This document shows positions 6,706 to 16,000 of a DNA stretch of 32,807 nt, piece by piece (position 1 is the stretch's first letter; each line of letters opens with the position of its first letter). Source of the stretch: a virus (lineage: Duplodnaviria; Caudoviricetes). The position numbers and the translations under genes were made by a program. The notes beneath the pieces are model-generated. The model ran no database searches. It worked only from the letters and a program-made list of their open reading frames with translations, and was not told where the DNA came from. Location: IMG/VR virus record IMGVR_UViG_3300030372_003948, positions 1 to 32,807 of that record; one strand, given 5' to 3'.

Positions 6706-8571
6706 ATGTTTAAAAATCAAGTATCAGAATTTATTTATAAGAGAACGTATTCACGTTGGATAGAAGAAGAGAATCGTAGAGAAGATTGGCCAGAAACCAT
6801 AGAGAGATTTATTAGTTTTATAATTTCAGAAAGGCCAGATATACCAGAGAAGACTGTTAACAAGATAAGAAAGTATATGTCTGAGTTTGCAGTAATGCCT
6901 TCTATGCGTTTCCTATGGGCGGCAGGACCTGCTGCTAAGTTTGACAACACCTGTATATACAACTGCTCCTTTGCTAAAATTAATACAGTAGAAGCATTCG
7001 CGGAATGTTTATATATTTTAATGTGTGGGACTGGGTTTGGCTTTTCTGTAGAGAAAGAGGAAGTAGATAAACTACCAACCATACCTGAAATTAAGTCTGG
7101 TCGAGGATTAGAAAAAATACCCATCTTTGATTCTAAAGCAGGATGGGCTGACTCAGTTAAGATGTTAATGTCTAATTTATATGATGGACAAAACATTTAC
7201 TTTGATTATTCACAGATTAGATTAGAGGGGGCTCGCTTGCGTACGATGGGTGGTCGTGCGTCAGGACCAGCTCCTTTAATTAAGTTACACGATTTCATTC
7301 GTGAGACTATGCATAATGCGCAAGGACGTAAACTTACTACGTTAGAAGCTCATGATATATGTAATCAGATAGCAGAGATAGTAGTAGTAGGAGGGGTGAG
7401 ACGTAGTTCTCAGATATCTTTAAGTGATATAAATGATAAAGAGATGCGTCATGCAAAAGAATGGCCTTTCCCTATCAAAAGAGCTATGGCAAATAACAGT
7501 GCTATATTTAGAGAAAAGCCAACCGCTGCTGAATTTCTAAAAGAATGGGCAGCACTAGCTCTATCAGGCACAGGGGAAAGGGGCATCTTTAATCTTGATG
7601 CTGCACAGAAGAAAGCTCCATCTCGCAGATATGCTCCATTAATCCAAGGCACTAACCCTTGTGGCGAAATAATGCTTAGGGATATGGAGTTCTGCAACTT
7701 AAGTGAAGTGGTTGTTAGAGCTGAGGATGATTTAGACACCCTTTTAGATAAGGTTGAGACTGCTACATGGCTCGGTGTTATACAGAGCTCGTTCACATAC
7801 TTCCCATATCTCCGAGAATCATGGAAAAAGAACTGTGACGTAGAAGCGCTTCTAGGAGTTAGTTTGACTGGTCAGATGGATAACCCCTCGGTATTGACCT
7901 CGGACGCCTTAAAGGCCCTTAAAAGCCGTGTTTTGCGCATTTCTCGCAAAGCATCTACCATCCTTGGTACAAAAATGCCAGCAGCCACCACTTGTGTCAA
8001 GCCATCTGGTACAGTTTCACAGTTAGTAGATTCAGCATCAGGTGTCCACCCACGTTATTCTCAACACTACATACGTAGATATAGGATATCTGCTAATGAC
8101 CCTTTGTTTAGAATGATGAAGGATAGTGGTATAAAGGCAACCCCTGAAGTAGGACAAGATAAAGATACTGCTTCTACGTGGGTATTAGAATTCCCTGTTA
8201 AGTCTCCTGATGATTGTATAACCCGTAAAGATGTAACAGCATTAGACCAATTAAAACATTATAAAAACTTACAACATAACTGGTGTGAACACAATGCTAG
8301 TATGACTGTGTATGTAAGAGATGATGAGTGGTTTGAAGTTGGTAACTGGGTATATCAGAACTGGGACATTATCAATGGTGTGTCATTTTTACCTTATGAT
8401 GGTGGACATTATGAGTTAGCTCCTTATGAAGAGATTGACGCTAGAACCTACGAAAGGCTTATAAAGAAGCTTCCCGTAATTAACTATACAGATTTGTCTC
8501 AATATGAGAACTCAGACAATACTCAAGGTAAGGCTGAGTATGCTTGTGTTGGTGATAAATGTGAGATTTAA
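6706..8571 (+). CDS. nrdJ: Class II (adenosylcobalamin-dependent) ribonucleotide reductase, no ATP cone
   Basis: YNCSF, GGVRRS, TNPCGEI, FCNLSEV, VKPSGTVS, C-terminal redox pair ACVGDKCEI; no class I beta-subunit gene nearby. AGGAGTGG precedes ATG 6706 (alternative start 6682). Confidence 0.95.
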   Translation: MFKNQVSEFIYKRTYSRWIEEENRREDWPETIERFISFIISERPDIPEKTVNKIRKYMSEFAVMPSMRFLWAAGPAAKFDNTCIYNCSFAKINTVEAFAECLYILMCGTGFGFSVEKEEVDKLPTIPEIKSGRGLEKIPIFDSKAGWADSVKMLMSNLYDGQNIYFDYSQIRLEGARLRTMGGRASGPAPLIKLHDFIRETMHNAQGRKLTTLEAHDICNQIAEIVVVGGVRRSSQISLSDINDKEMRHAKEWPFPIKRAMANNSAIFREKPTAAEFLKEWAALALSGTGERGIFNLDAAQKKAPSRRYAPLIQGTNPCGEIMLRDMEFCNLSEVVVRAEDDLDTLLDKVETATWLGVIQSSFTYFPYLRESWKKNCDVEALLGVSLTGQMDNPSVLTSDALKALKSRVLRISRKASTILGTKMPAATTCVKPSGTVSQLVDSASGVHPRYSQHYIRRYRISANDPLFRMMKDSGIKATPEVGQDKDTASTWVLEFPVKSPDDCITRKDVTALDQLKHYKNLQHNWCEHNASMTVYVRDDEWFEVGNWVYQNWDIINGVSFLPYDGGHYELAPYEEIDARTYERLIKKLPVINYTDLSQYENSDNTQGKAEYACVGDKCEI

Positions 8572-8573
8572 AC

Positions 8574-8867
8574 ATGGAATACGAAACTGATATAACTGGA
8601 TACGGACGTAAAATGGGCCTCAATGCTGGAGGTAATGGTAACGGTAAGATAGACCGTCCTGTATATCTAGGACCTAATGATGGACCAACTGGTGATGGAG
8701 AATGGATGCCAGCAGGAACAGTAAGTTATCGAACTATGTACCCAGCCAATGGTGAATCCAGTGGTGGTAATGGTCAAGCAGGTAACGCATGGGGAACTAA
8801 TAGATTAAATAATGTATCTGGTTCTAACCAACCACAATTAAACGACGCAGCATATCCTAAGTCTTAA
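8574..8867 (+). CDS. Gly/Asn-rich low-complexity hypothetical protein (97 aa)
   Basis: ATG 2 nt after the RNR stop; its stop overlaps the convergent stop (TTAA at 8864-8867). Confidence 0.7.
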   Translation: MEYETDITGYGRKMGLNAGGNGNGKIDRPVYLGPNDGPTGDGEWMPAGTVSYRTMYPANGESSGGNGQAGNAWGTNRLNNVSGSNQPQLNDAAYPKS

Positions 8868-9919
8868 TTATCTCTACTACTGATATACTCAGCTAGAGTA
8901 GGAGGCTTTCTATTAATAGTTATACCTATAGAGGTAGTATCTCCAAAACTTATATTTTTACCCACTATTCTATAGTTACCTGAAAAATCTTTATTATCTG
9001 TTTGTATTCTTACAACTTGATTTTCGGCTAAATAGAAACCTTCTGTAACACCTATCTGATATTCAAATTTATTTTCTAGATTAGCTTGGAACAATCGTGC
9101 ACCAAATTCTTTACATGCAGCTGGGGATTCTAAATTGTTATTACTAACTTCTAAATATGTACGGTCTAGTGCTTTGATAGCTCCATCGTGAGAGAAGGTA
9201 CCCTTTACACCATTTTTACCACTTACTACTATAATAGTAGGAACCTTTCTATCTATAACATTAATAGTAGTTATGTTTTTATTTTCGTTAAATGTATAAG
9301 ATATGTCTGATGAATCTAACGCAGACTCTACCTCTATGACTAACTGAGAGTATGTACCATCATCTATTAATTTAGCGATATTAGGTCTAGGTAAATCTTG
9401 GTCAGACAAATTAATGGGTTTAGATAATAATTGTTTTATAATATCTAACACTAACAGAGTTCCTCTGATAGGCTTTTTTTGAACAGAACCAATGCGAGGA
9501 GAAGTGTCTCCTATATAATCAGTTTTAATTTTTGTATCTAACTTCGTTAATTCTAATAACTTTATAATAGCTGCACCAACCGTCAAACCATCTAAATTCT
9601 GTCGTTCGTCTAGTTGTATCTTTGATACAGTAGTACTACCACCCTTCACCATATATCCAAATCCATCTTCAGCATATATCTCTACTTCATTAAAATTTTT
9701 CTTAGTTCTATTGACCCATCCTCTAAAGATAGGTTTACTATCACTTTTGTCAACATAAAGAGTTACTTCTTTATCCCATAAGTTTTCGTTTCCTGCTATT
9801 GATAAAGGAACACTAAAGGATAATGATGCAGCAGAAAGTACACCCGGTAGAGAGTAAGAAGCTTTAATAAAATCAATTTGCCTACCATCTATGAATATAC
9901 GAGGATTCTTAGTCAACAT
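8864..9919 (-). CDS. Probable tail-tip / baseplate hub protein
   Basis: Last gene of the tail operon. IFIDG...LSFSVP...VTLY...IFRGWV...VEIYAED and C-terminal VVRIQ...SGNYRIVGKNISF...IGITIN match the layout of hub (GpD/Tal-like) proteins. Confidence 0.7.
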   Translation of the reverse strand: MLTKNPRIFIDGRQIDFIKASYSLPGVLSAASLSFSVPLSIAGNENLWDKEVTLYVDKSDSKPIFRGWVNRTKKNFNEVEIYAEDGFGYMVKGGSTTVSKIQLDERQNLDGLTVGAAIIKLLELTKLDTKIKTDYIGDTSPRIGSVQKKPIRGTLLVLDIIKQLLSKPINLSDQDLPRPNIAKLIDDGTYSQLVIEVESALDSSDISYTFNENKNITTINVIDRKVPTIIVVSGKNGVKGTFSHDGAIKALDRTYLEVSNNNLESPAACKEFGARLFQANLENKFEYQIGVTEGFYLAENQVVRIQTDNKDFSGNYRIVGKNISFGDTTSIGITINRKPPTLAEYISSRDN

Positions 9920-9921
9920 AA

Positions 9922-12900
9922 CTAATCAAGCCTTCCTCCACTAGTATATCCTTTTTCTGTGGATATACCACCAAGAGGGAATAAGTCTGTCATAAGTTCG
10001 TTGTCCTTACCAATCAGACATATCTCCGTTACTGTCATTTGAAATGTAAATGATACATTGACTTTAGGTCCACCGCGTGGGGTTGTTTCTTGTAAATTAG
10101 TTATAACTCCAAAATATCTTACATATGTACCATCTTTTTGCTGGTTATCCCAATAAACTCTTTTAGCTCTTGACTGTAACATTCTTATGTTGTGTAAGTT
10201 CCAATACATACTTCCTTTGTTATCGGCTATTGTTCCAGCCGCAGGGTCTCTACTAAACACATCATTAAAGTTACCATCAGTAGTTCCAAGAGCTTGACTA
10301 CTAAAACTAATAGTCTCAATTCTATCACCCGTTCGGGAAACATAAACTTTACCACCTCTTGTTATAGCTTGATAATATGTGCCTCCACGTGATATTTGTA
10401 CATCACTAGTTATAGGGACGCCATTTAAATTATATGCACTATCATCTACTTCTTTAACTATCTCTACATGAGATTCAGTAGCGTCAAATACATTAAATAT
10501 CTCTGGAAAAAATGGTTGGGAGTTACTTACAGCTCCACTCAATGCTATTCGTAGAGGATAATATTCACCAGTCTTCCAAGCAGCAGAGAAAGCTGTACCA
10601 AACGAAGTTAATGTGGTAGAGTTACCAGATAACATATAAGTATGAGGGAAGCTAGAACCAGATAGATAATCGACAGGAGGAGTTAGTATAGCACTAGAAC
10701 CTTTGTCTACCATAGAAGCACCATTTAAAACATCATAAGCATTTATTCTACGTATAACAAATATGACGCTACTTTCACCATCTAAACTATCTATATTATA
10801 ATTACTTGCATCATTCTGTCCATAAATCATAGTGAGAGTTGTAAGGCCAGCGTTAGCAGCATTTACACCATCAGCACCCGCAACCCATAGTGGGCGGTTT
10901 ACTACATTTGTTCCCTTGTCGGCAGATTTAACGAAAGCTATATATTTAAAAGCTCCTATGTCATCTGCTGTTCCTAAAGTACTGAGCTCGTTACCAGCCG
11001 CAGCAGTAATAGAACTGAGGGTAATACTCTTACCGTAAGTAGAATCTGCACTACCAGTGGCTACATTACCTGTAATAGTTATATCAAAGTCACCAGCTAC
11101 AGGAGCAGTAGGAACTACTGTCGGATTAAATATACCTCCACACAAATCAGTGAAGTTAGTTTTAGCCCAATCTAAAGGCATATCATAATCAATATAACCT
11201 GATTTAGCTAAACCTACAGTTGTATCTTTATAAGTTTCATTAGAACCAGAGGTATACCGCGTGTTCATAGTAACGGCAGTAGTATCATTAAAGGGTACTG
11301 ATTGCCAATAGGCGTTCTGTAGTTTTGTCCCAGTTTCTTCCATCACAAGATAATCTACCCCTGCTACAGACCACACACTGTCGTCTTGGGAGGTATTAAG
11401 ATACATATAATCTTGTATCAATTGAGAAGCGTAATTAGATATATTAAAAAATACCTTATTAGTTTTCTTAGGCCATAACATTAATAAATATTCAAAATTA
11501 CGGTTCTGGTCTGCTACACCACCTTCAAACCTATTATCACCATTGAAATATTCAAAATCTTGTTGGTTCATACCACTAAGTAATAACCTAGTACCTGAGG
11601 TATTTTGAAATACTTCTTGAGTATAACTTGCTGTTGCACTATCAGGGTCTTTATCTACCTTTGTCCAATCAGCATCACTAGGAGGTGTTATCCTATATAC
11701 AAATGGTTTATTATTAACCAATGAACTTATCTCTGAACCAGTATTAGAAACTACTGCCTGAGTGGGTTGCATGGATGTTCTTACTAAATGATATTGGTCT
11801 TGAAATGCACCAAACTCATCTATTAAAACCTGATTAGTTCTGAACCTTCTATCAGAGATTGTCGGCTCTATATCCCAGTAGCCTTGAGGACTACCAGTCA
11901 TTCCAGTCTCACAGAAGAGTATACTTGTTCCTGTAGCAGGAGCACCTATAAAGGTTGTACTATTTAACCCATCTGGTCTTGTTTGACCATAAGTATAAGA
12001 TACTTGTTTATTAGAATCAGACCCACTAGTATTGTCTCCAAAGAATTCATAATCTCCAGCGGTAGAACCTGTTATAGCATTCCATTTATATGCAGGATTT
12101 ATCCACATCTTTCCTACATCGTATCTATAAGCGCTATTAAGCACATTGGAAGCTTTAGCTCTACTTTGCGAGAAGTCCATAGTTATATAACGCCTAGCGT
12201 CATCGGCCTTCTTTATTGGGCTACCAGCTGATACATATGTCACTGGGTAATAGAGCCCATCATTACCTTTAGTGGTAATAAAAATCTTTAAATAATTAAA
12301 AACATTGTTTGCTTTAAAGTTGTCTGTTCTTGTACTAGCTGAACCTGTGTATTTAGGGTTCATGTATGTAACTTTCTTAACTTCTAAAACGCGACCACCA
12401 GTTATAGGTATAGGTACTTGTTGGTCAGTTGCTATATTGATGGTATGTTCTAATCTTAACGTTCTTATACTACGAGTAGCTCCTGCCTGTACAGTTATAT
12501 CCGCAGAAGATACTATACTTTCTGCTACTACAGCCTCTATTTCTAATATTATAGTGCCTACAGTGCCAGTTAATTGGGCAGCTGTAAGTAATGGAGGAAC
12601 GGTCATATATATGTCCTTGGCTCCTTCTTTGTTAAATAAAGAATTATCTATACCACTAAGTACACTTTTATTTTCTACATTCATAATACCTGTAGCTTGA
12701 CCATCTATAGCTTTAAATGTATAATGACTTGAATTGTCAAAATAAGGTGAGACATCTGTATTAGTGCTATCAGAACCGTAATAAGCAGATACTATACCGT
12801 CGGAATTTAATACTTGTATGACTGGAGCGTATGTACCAGTAGCAGTATAGGTATGCTCTACGTTGAGCGTGCCAGTAGGTTTAGTTATCTGTTGCCATTG

Positions 12901-13074
12901 ATAGTTAGCATATTCCTTTTTATTAGACCTATTACCTTGAGGGTCAGTTCCATCATCCCAATCTATATAAACGGCTCTTACATTGTCATCAGTAAAAACA
13001 AGGTTAGCAGTGCATGTAGTGTATACAGAACCTGTTTGGTTAGAAGCACCTGCACTATTCCATTGTAAGCTCAT
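9922..13074 (-). CDS. Large tail-tip protein: N-terminal PKD/Ig-like domain, possible C-terminal distal-tail (Dit)-like domain
   Basis: PKD signature YIDWDDG...EHTYTATGTY...IQV. The C-terminal ~170 aa beta-rich region (ISFSS...YFGVITNLQET...SFTFQMTV) resembles tube/Dit folds. Start moved to 13074 (ATGA overlap). Confidence 0.65.
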   Translation of the reverse strand: MSLQWNSAGASNQTGSVYTTCTANLVFTDDNVRAVYIDWDDGTDPQGNRSNKKEYANYQWQQITKPTGTLNVEHTYTATGTYAPVIQVLNSDGIVSAYYGSDSTNTDVSPYFDNSSHYTFKAIDGQATGIMNVENKSVLSGIDNSLFNKEGAKDIYMTVPPLLTAAQLTGTVGTIILEIEAVVAESIVSSADITVQAGATRSIRTLRLEHTINIATDQQVPIPITGGRVLEVKKVTYMNPKYTGSASTRTDNFKANNVFNYLKIFITTKGNDGLYYPVTYVSAGSPIKKADDARRYITMDFSQSRAKASNVLNSAYRYDVGKMWINPAYKWNAITGSTAGDYEFFGDNTSGSDSNKQVSYTYGQTRPDGLNSTTFIGAPATGTSILFCETGMTGSPQGYWDIEPTISDRRFRTNQVLIDEFGAFQDQYHLVRTSMQPTQAVVSNTGSEISSLVNNKPFVYRITPPSDADWTKVDKDPDSATASYTQEVFQNTSGTRLLLSGMNQQDFEYFNGDNRFEGGVADQNRNFEYLLMLWPKKTNKVFFNISNYASQLIQDYMYLNTSQDDSVWSVAGVDYLVMEETGTKLQNAYWQSVPFNDTTAVTMNTRYTSGSNETYKDTTVGLAKSGYIDYDMPLDWAKTNFTDLCGGIFNPTVVPTAPVAGDFDITITGNVATGSADSTYGKSITLSSITAAAGNELSTLGTADDIGAFKYIAFVKSADKGTNVVNRPLWVAGADGVNAANAGLTTLTMIYGQNDASNYNIDSLDGESSVIFVIRRINAYDVLNGASMVDKGSSAILTPPVDYLSGSSFPHTYMLSGNSTTLTSFGTAFSAAWKTGEYYPLRIALSGAVSNSQPFFPEIFNVFDATESHVEIVKEVDDSAYNLNGVPITSDVQISRGGTYYQAITRGGKVYVSRTGDRIETISFSSQALGTTDGNFNDVFSRDPAAGTIADNKGSMYWNLHNIRMLQSRAKRVYWDNQQKDGTYVRYFGVITNLQETTPRGGPKVNVSFTFQMTVTEICLIGKDNELMTDLFPLGGISTEKGYTSGGRLD

Positions 13075-16000
13075 GCTATCGTTGGCCTCCATGAAATTGT
13101 AGGTGTAGAACAGAGAACATCTTTTCCATCACCTCTTATGTTATGATAATCCATGATAAATAATTTAGCATGTACAGATAGTGCGTCTGATTTAGTTCCA
13201 TCATCTTCAACTTCTACATATCGAGAACCATCTAACACAAACTCACCAGTATCGTCAGGGAAATATATTACTCCACCATAGATAATAAACTCTTCCATTA
13301 AACCATAATAAGGTTGATTGCCAGCTGCATTGTTACACATGTAAGTTGTAGTTCCTGCACCTTCTGAAGGGTCTGTAGTTCCGGTCAAAGAATAATCTTC
13401 TAATTTTCCATTGATATAAAGCTTACAAGGAACATCTGCATTTTTATCATATACACATGCTATCATCATAGGTTGTTTACCGTCACGTGGACTTACAGTC
13501 TTGGATGATAGAGGAGTTGTAAGACCTCCCATGTTTACCTTGACAACACCATTATCCATTTCTATTATTAATCCACCGTTGCCAGCAGTACCTCTATGGA
13601 ATATAGTCTGGTTAGTTGCTCCAGAAAATTCACCGGGTGTTAAATGAATTATGAAAGTATATTGTGTGGAGAGGTATATTCCTTTACTAGATGTGAAAGG
13701 CCAACTAATTGTTGAAGCTGCACCTGATACACCAGTATCAAAGGCATAACCTTGTAGACCTTCAGGACTCATACGTGCTCCTGTACCTACAGTAGGTTCA
13801 AAGGTAGTTCCAAATGAATCTGTAGTAGTATCTTTAAATGTAAGGGTAGGTGCTGAGGTTACGGACGTAGGAACTTCATTCATAGCTCCATATAACATCG
13901 GATGAGGAGCAGCACCGAAGAATCCATGATATTTAGAATATACGGCCTTTTCATCTACTATTAACATTCTATACCATATATCTTCACCCGATTCGCTCCA
14001 ATTAAACCTAACAGCATTTAAATTCTCATTAGTTAAATCATATAAATTTGTTTCTCTATCTAATAGATTAAACGCTGGACCTACTGTAAAATTAGACACA
14101 GATGGTACGGGGTCATAATATTTCCATAAATAATAAGGTTTAACATCTTCTTGTATTATTGTACTACCCGCAGCTATACCTTGTCTTGCTGTAGTTGTAG
14201 TGTAATCATTACCATAAAACACAGCAGAAGAAGACAGTAAGGGAGCTCCTAATACTACTTTATTTACTACAGGCTCTTCATGACCCCAATCTTTACTAGC
14301 TATTAAACCATCTAAATTAAATGCCATAGGGTTTTGAGAATATACTCCTCTTGATGTTACCTGACCACCTGTTCTAGTATCTTCAGTGTAAGGACCTAAA
14401 CCATAATCTATGCTAGTTTCTATAGATGAGCCACTAGTAGCCGTATCTAAACTCCATAAGTTATTGTAAGGTGAAACTCTTCCTACACTACCTGTCATAG
14501 CAGATAAGAAGGTATATTCTTCTTCACTGTATGTAGTACCCGTAGCAGTTGTAGCAGCACTACCAGACTTCATTAAACTAATAGCACTATAAGCTTTAGG
14601 TCCTGATTTAGTTCCTTCAACCGCAGCCATTCCGGCATTTGTTGTTGCTGATGCAGGAGTGCCAATAGCCATTTCACCGGGCCACATTTGGAACCACTGC
14701 CAATACTTGTAAGGTGAAATGTATAAATAAGGTAAATTTTGTTCATTAATAACAGAATCTAATTGAGGAACGTTCAAGAAAATTTTATTACCATCTCTTT
14801 GCTTTCTTTGTGTAACTCCTTTAATAGAAAAAGTATTAATAATAGGATATAAATAATAATCCCCTGACGTCCTAACAGAAGCGGTAGTACCTAACTGAGC
14901 TCGTGATATAGTCATTCTATCATAACCAGTAGCACCTCCTCCTATTTCATAACCATCAATTCTAATAATTTCAGGGACCGAACTATCACTTCTTTTGTGT
15001 AAAGCTACATAAGAACCCGTATGAAAATAATCGGTTGGTGAAATGGTTACACCAAAAGCGGGGTCTGGTTGTATCAAACCATTACCATCATCTATATCCA
15101 TTGTAGTGTCTGTATTGTTAATTGTACCTGACCATGTTTGAGTAGTAGTTTTTGTATCATAATCGTAATAAGGACTATCTGCACTACCTTCAGCTATAAT
15201 ATTAGCATGAGGTCTCAATGAACCAGTACCTCCTCCAACAGTATATACTATATACTCATCAGATAAAGGCATATCAAATATAGCACCTCTATCTACCTCA
15301 ATAACACCTTCCTCTAAAATATCATCTTCATCATAAATTAAAGGTATTTTAGTTATTTTAGCTGCTACAAAGGGGTGTTCTCTTTTTAGCCAAGAACCAT
15401 CATAATCATTATCACTTCCATTATCTCCTTTAGCACCAAATTGTGTAAAACCTTTTTGTGTAAGACCATCTGTAAATAAAGAAGCTGCTGAACCAGTAGC
15501 AAAATTAAATATTTCATCAGAAGCCACAGTAGGTTGTGTTGCACCAAAAGTAGGAGTGGTTTGTATAAATCCTCTTGTAGGAGTAGAAGTTGCGAAACTT
15601 GGTACAGCTTTAGTAGCAGCACCACCGTTATAGAATGCATAAGAAAAATAAGAATTTTGTAAGTAATTACCATATGATTTCATCAAACCACTTTGGTCGG
15701 CGTGCCTATACCACGACATGTTGTGCGTTGTAGTATAAGTAGTTTGTTTAGCTAAATTGCTAAAAGCACTTGTACCAAATCCATGCCATTGATACCATTG
15801 GGTTGTGCCCGGGTCTGCACCACCAGATGCATAAAAATCCGCAGGACCATTATCAAAACCTAAAAGTACGTAAGTAGGCATATGGTAATTTGTAAAGGTA
15901 GGAGATAGCATACTTCCCGGTAGTCTACCAGCAGCGGTTGCTACTGCATCATATAATGCGTAATTTGGTGGAACTTGTACTGGAGATTTAGTAGGCCATG

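Noticed and set aside
5972-7796. - strand ORFs 5972-6253, 6735-7196 and 7449-7796
   Set aside because: Antisense to well-supported + strand genes (microprotein cluster, RNR).
45-8571. Inteins or introns in PolB, primase or RNR
   Set aside because: Motif spacing and protein lengths are compact; no intein-like splice junctions or homing-endonuclease motifs seen.
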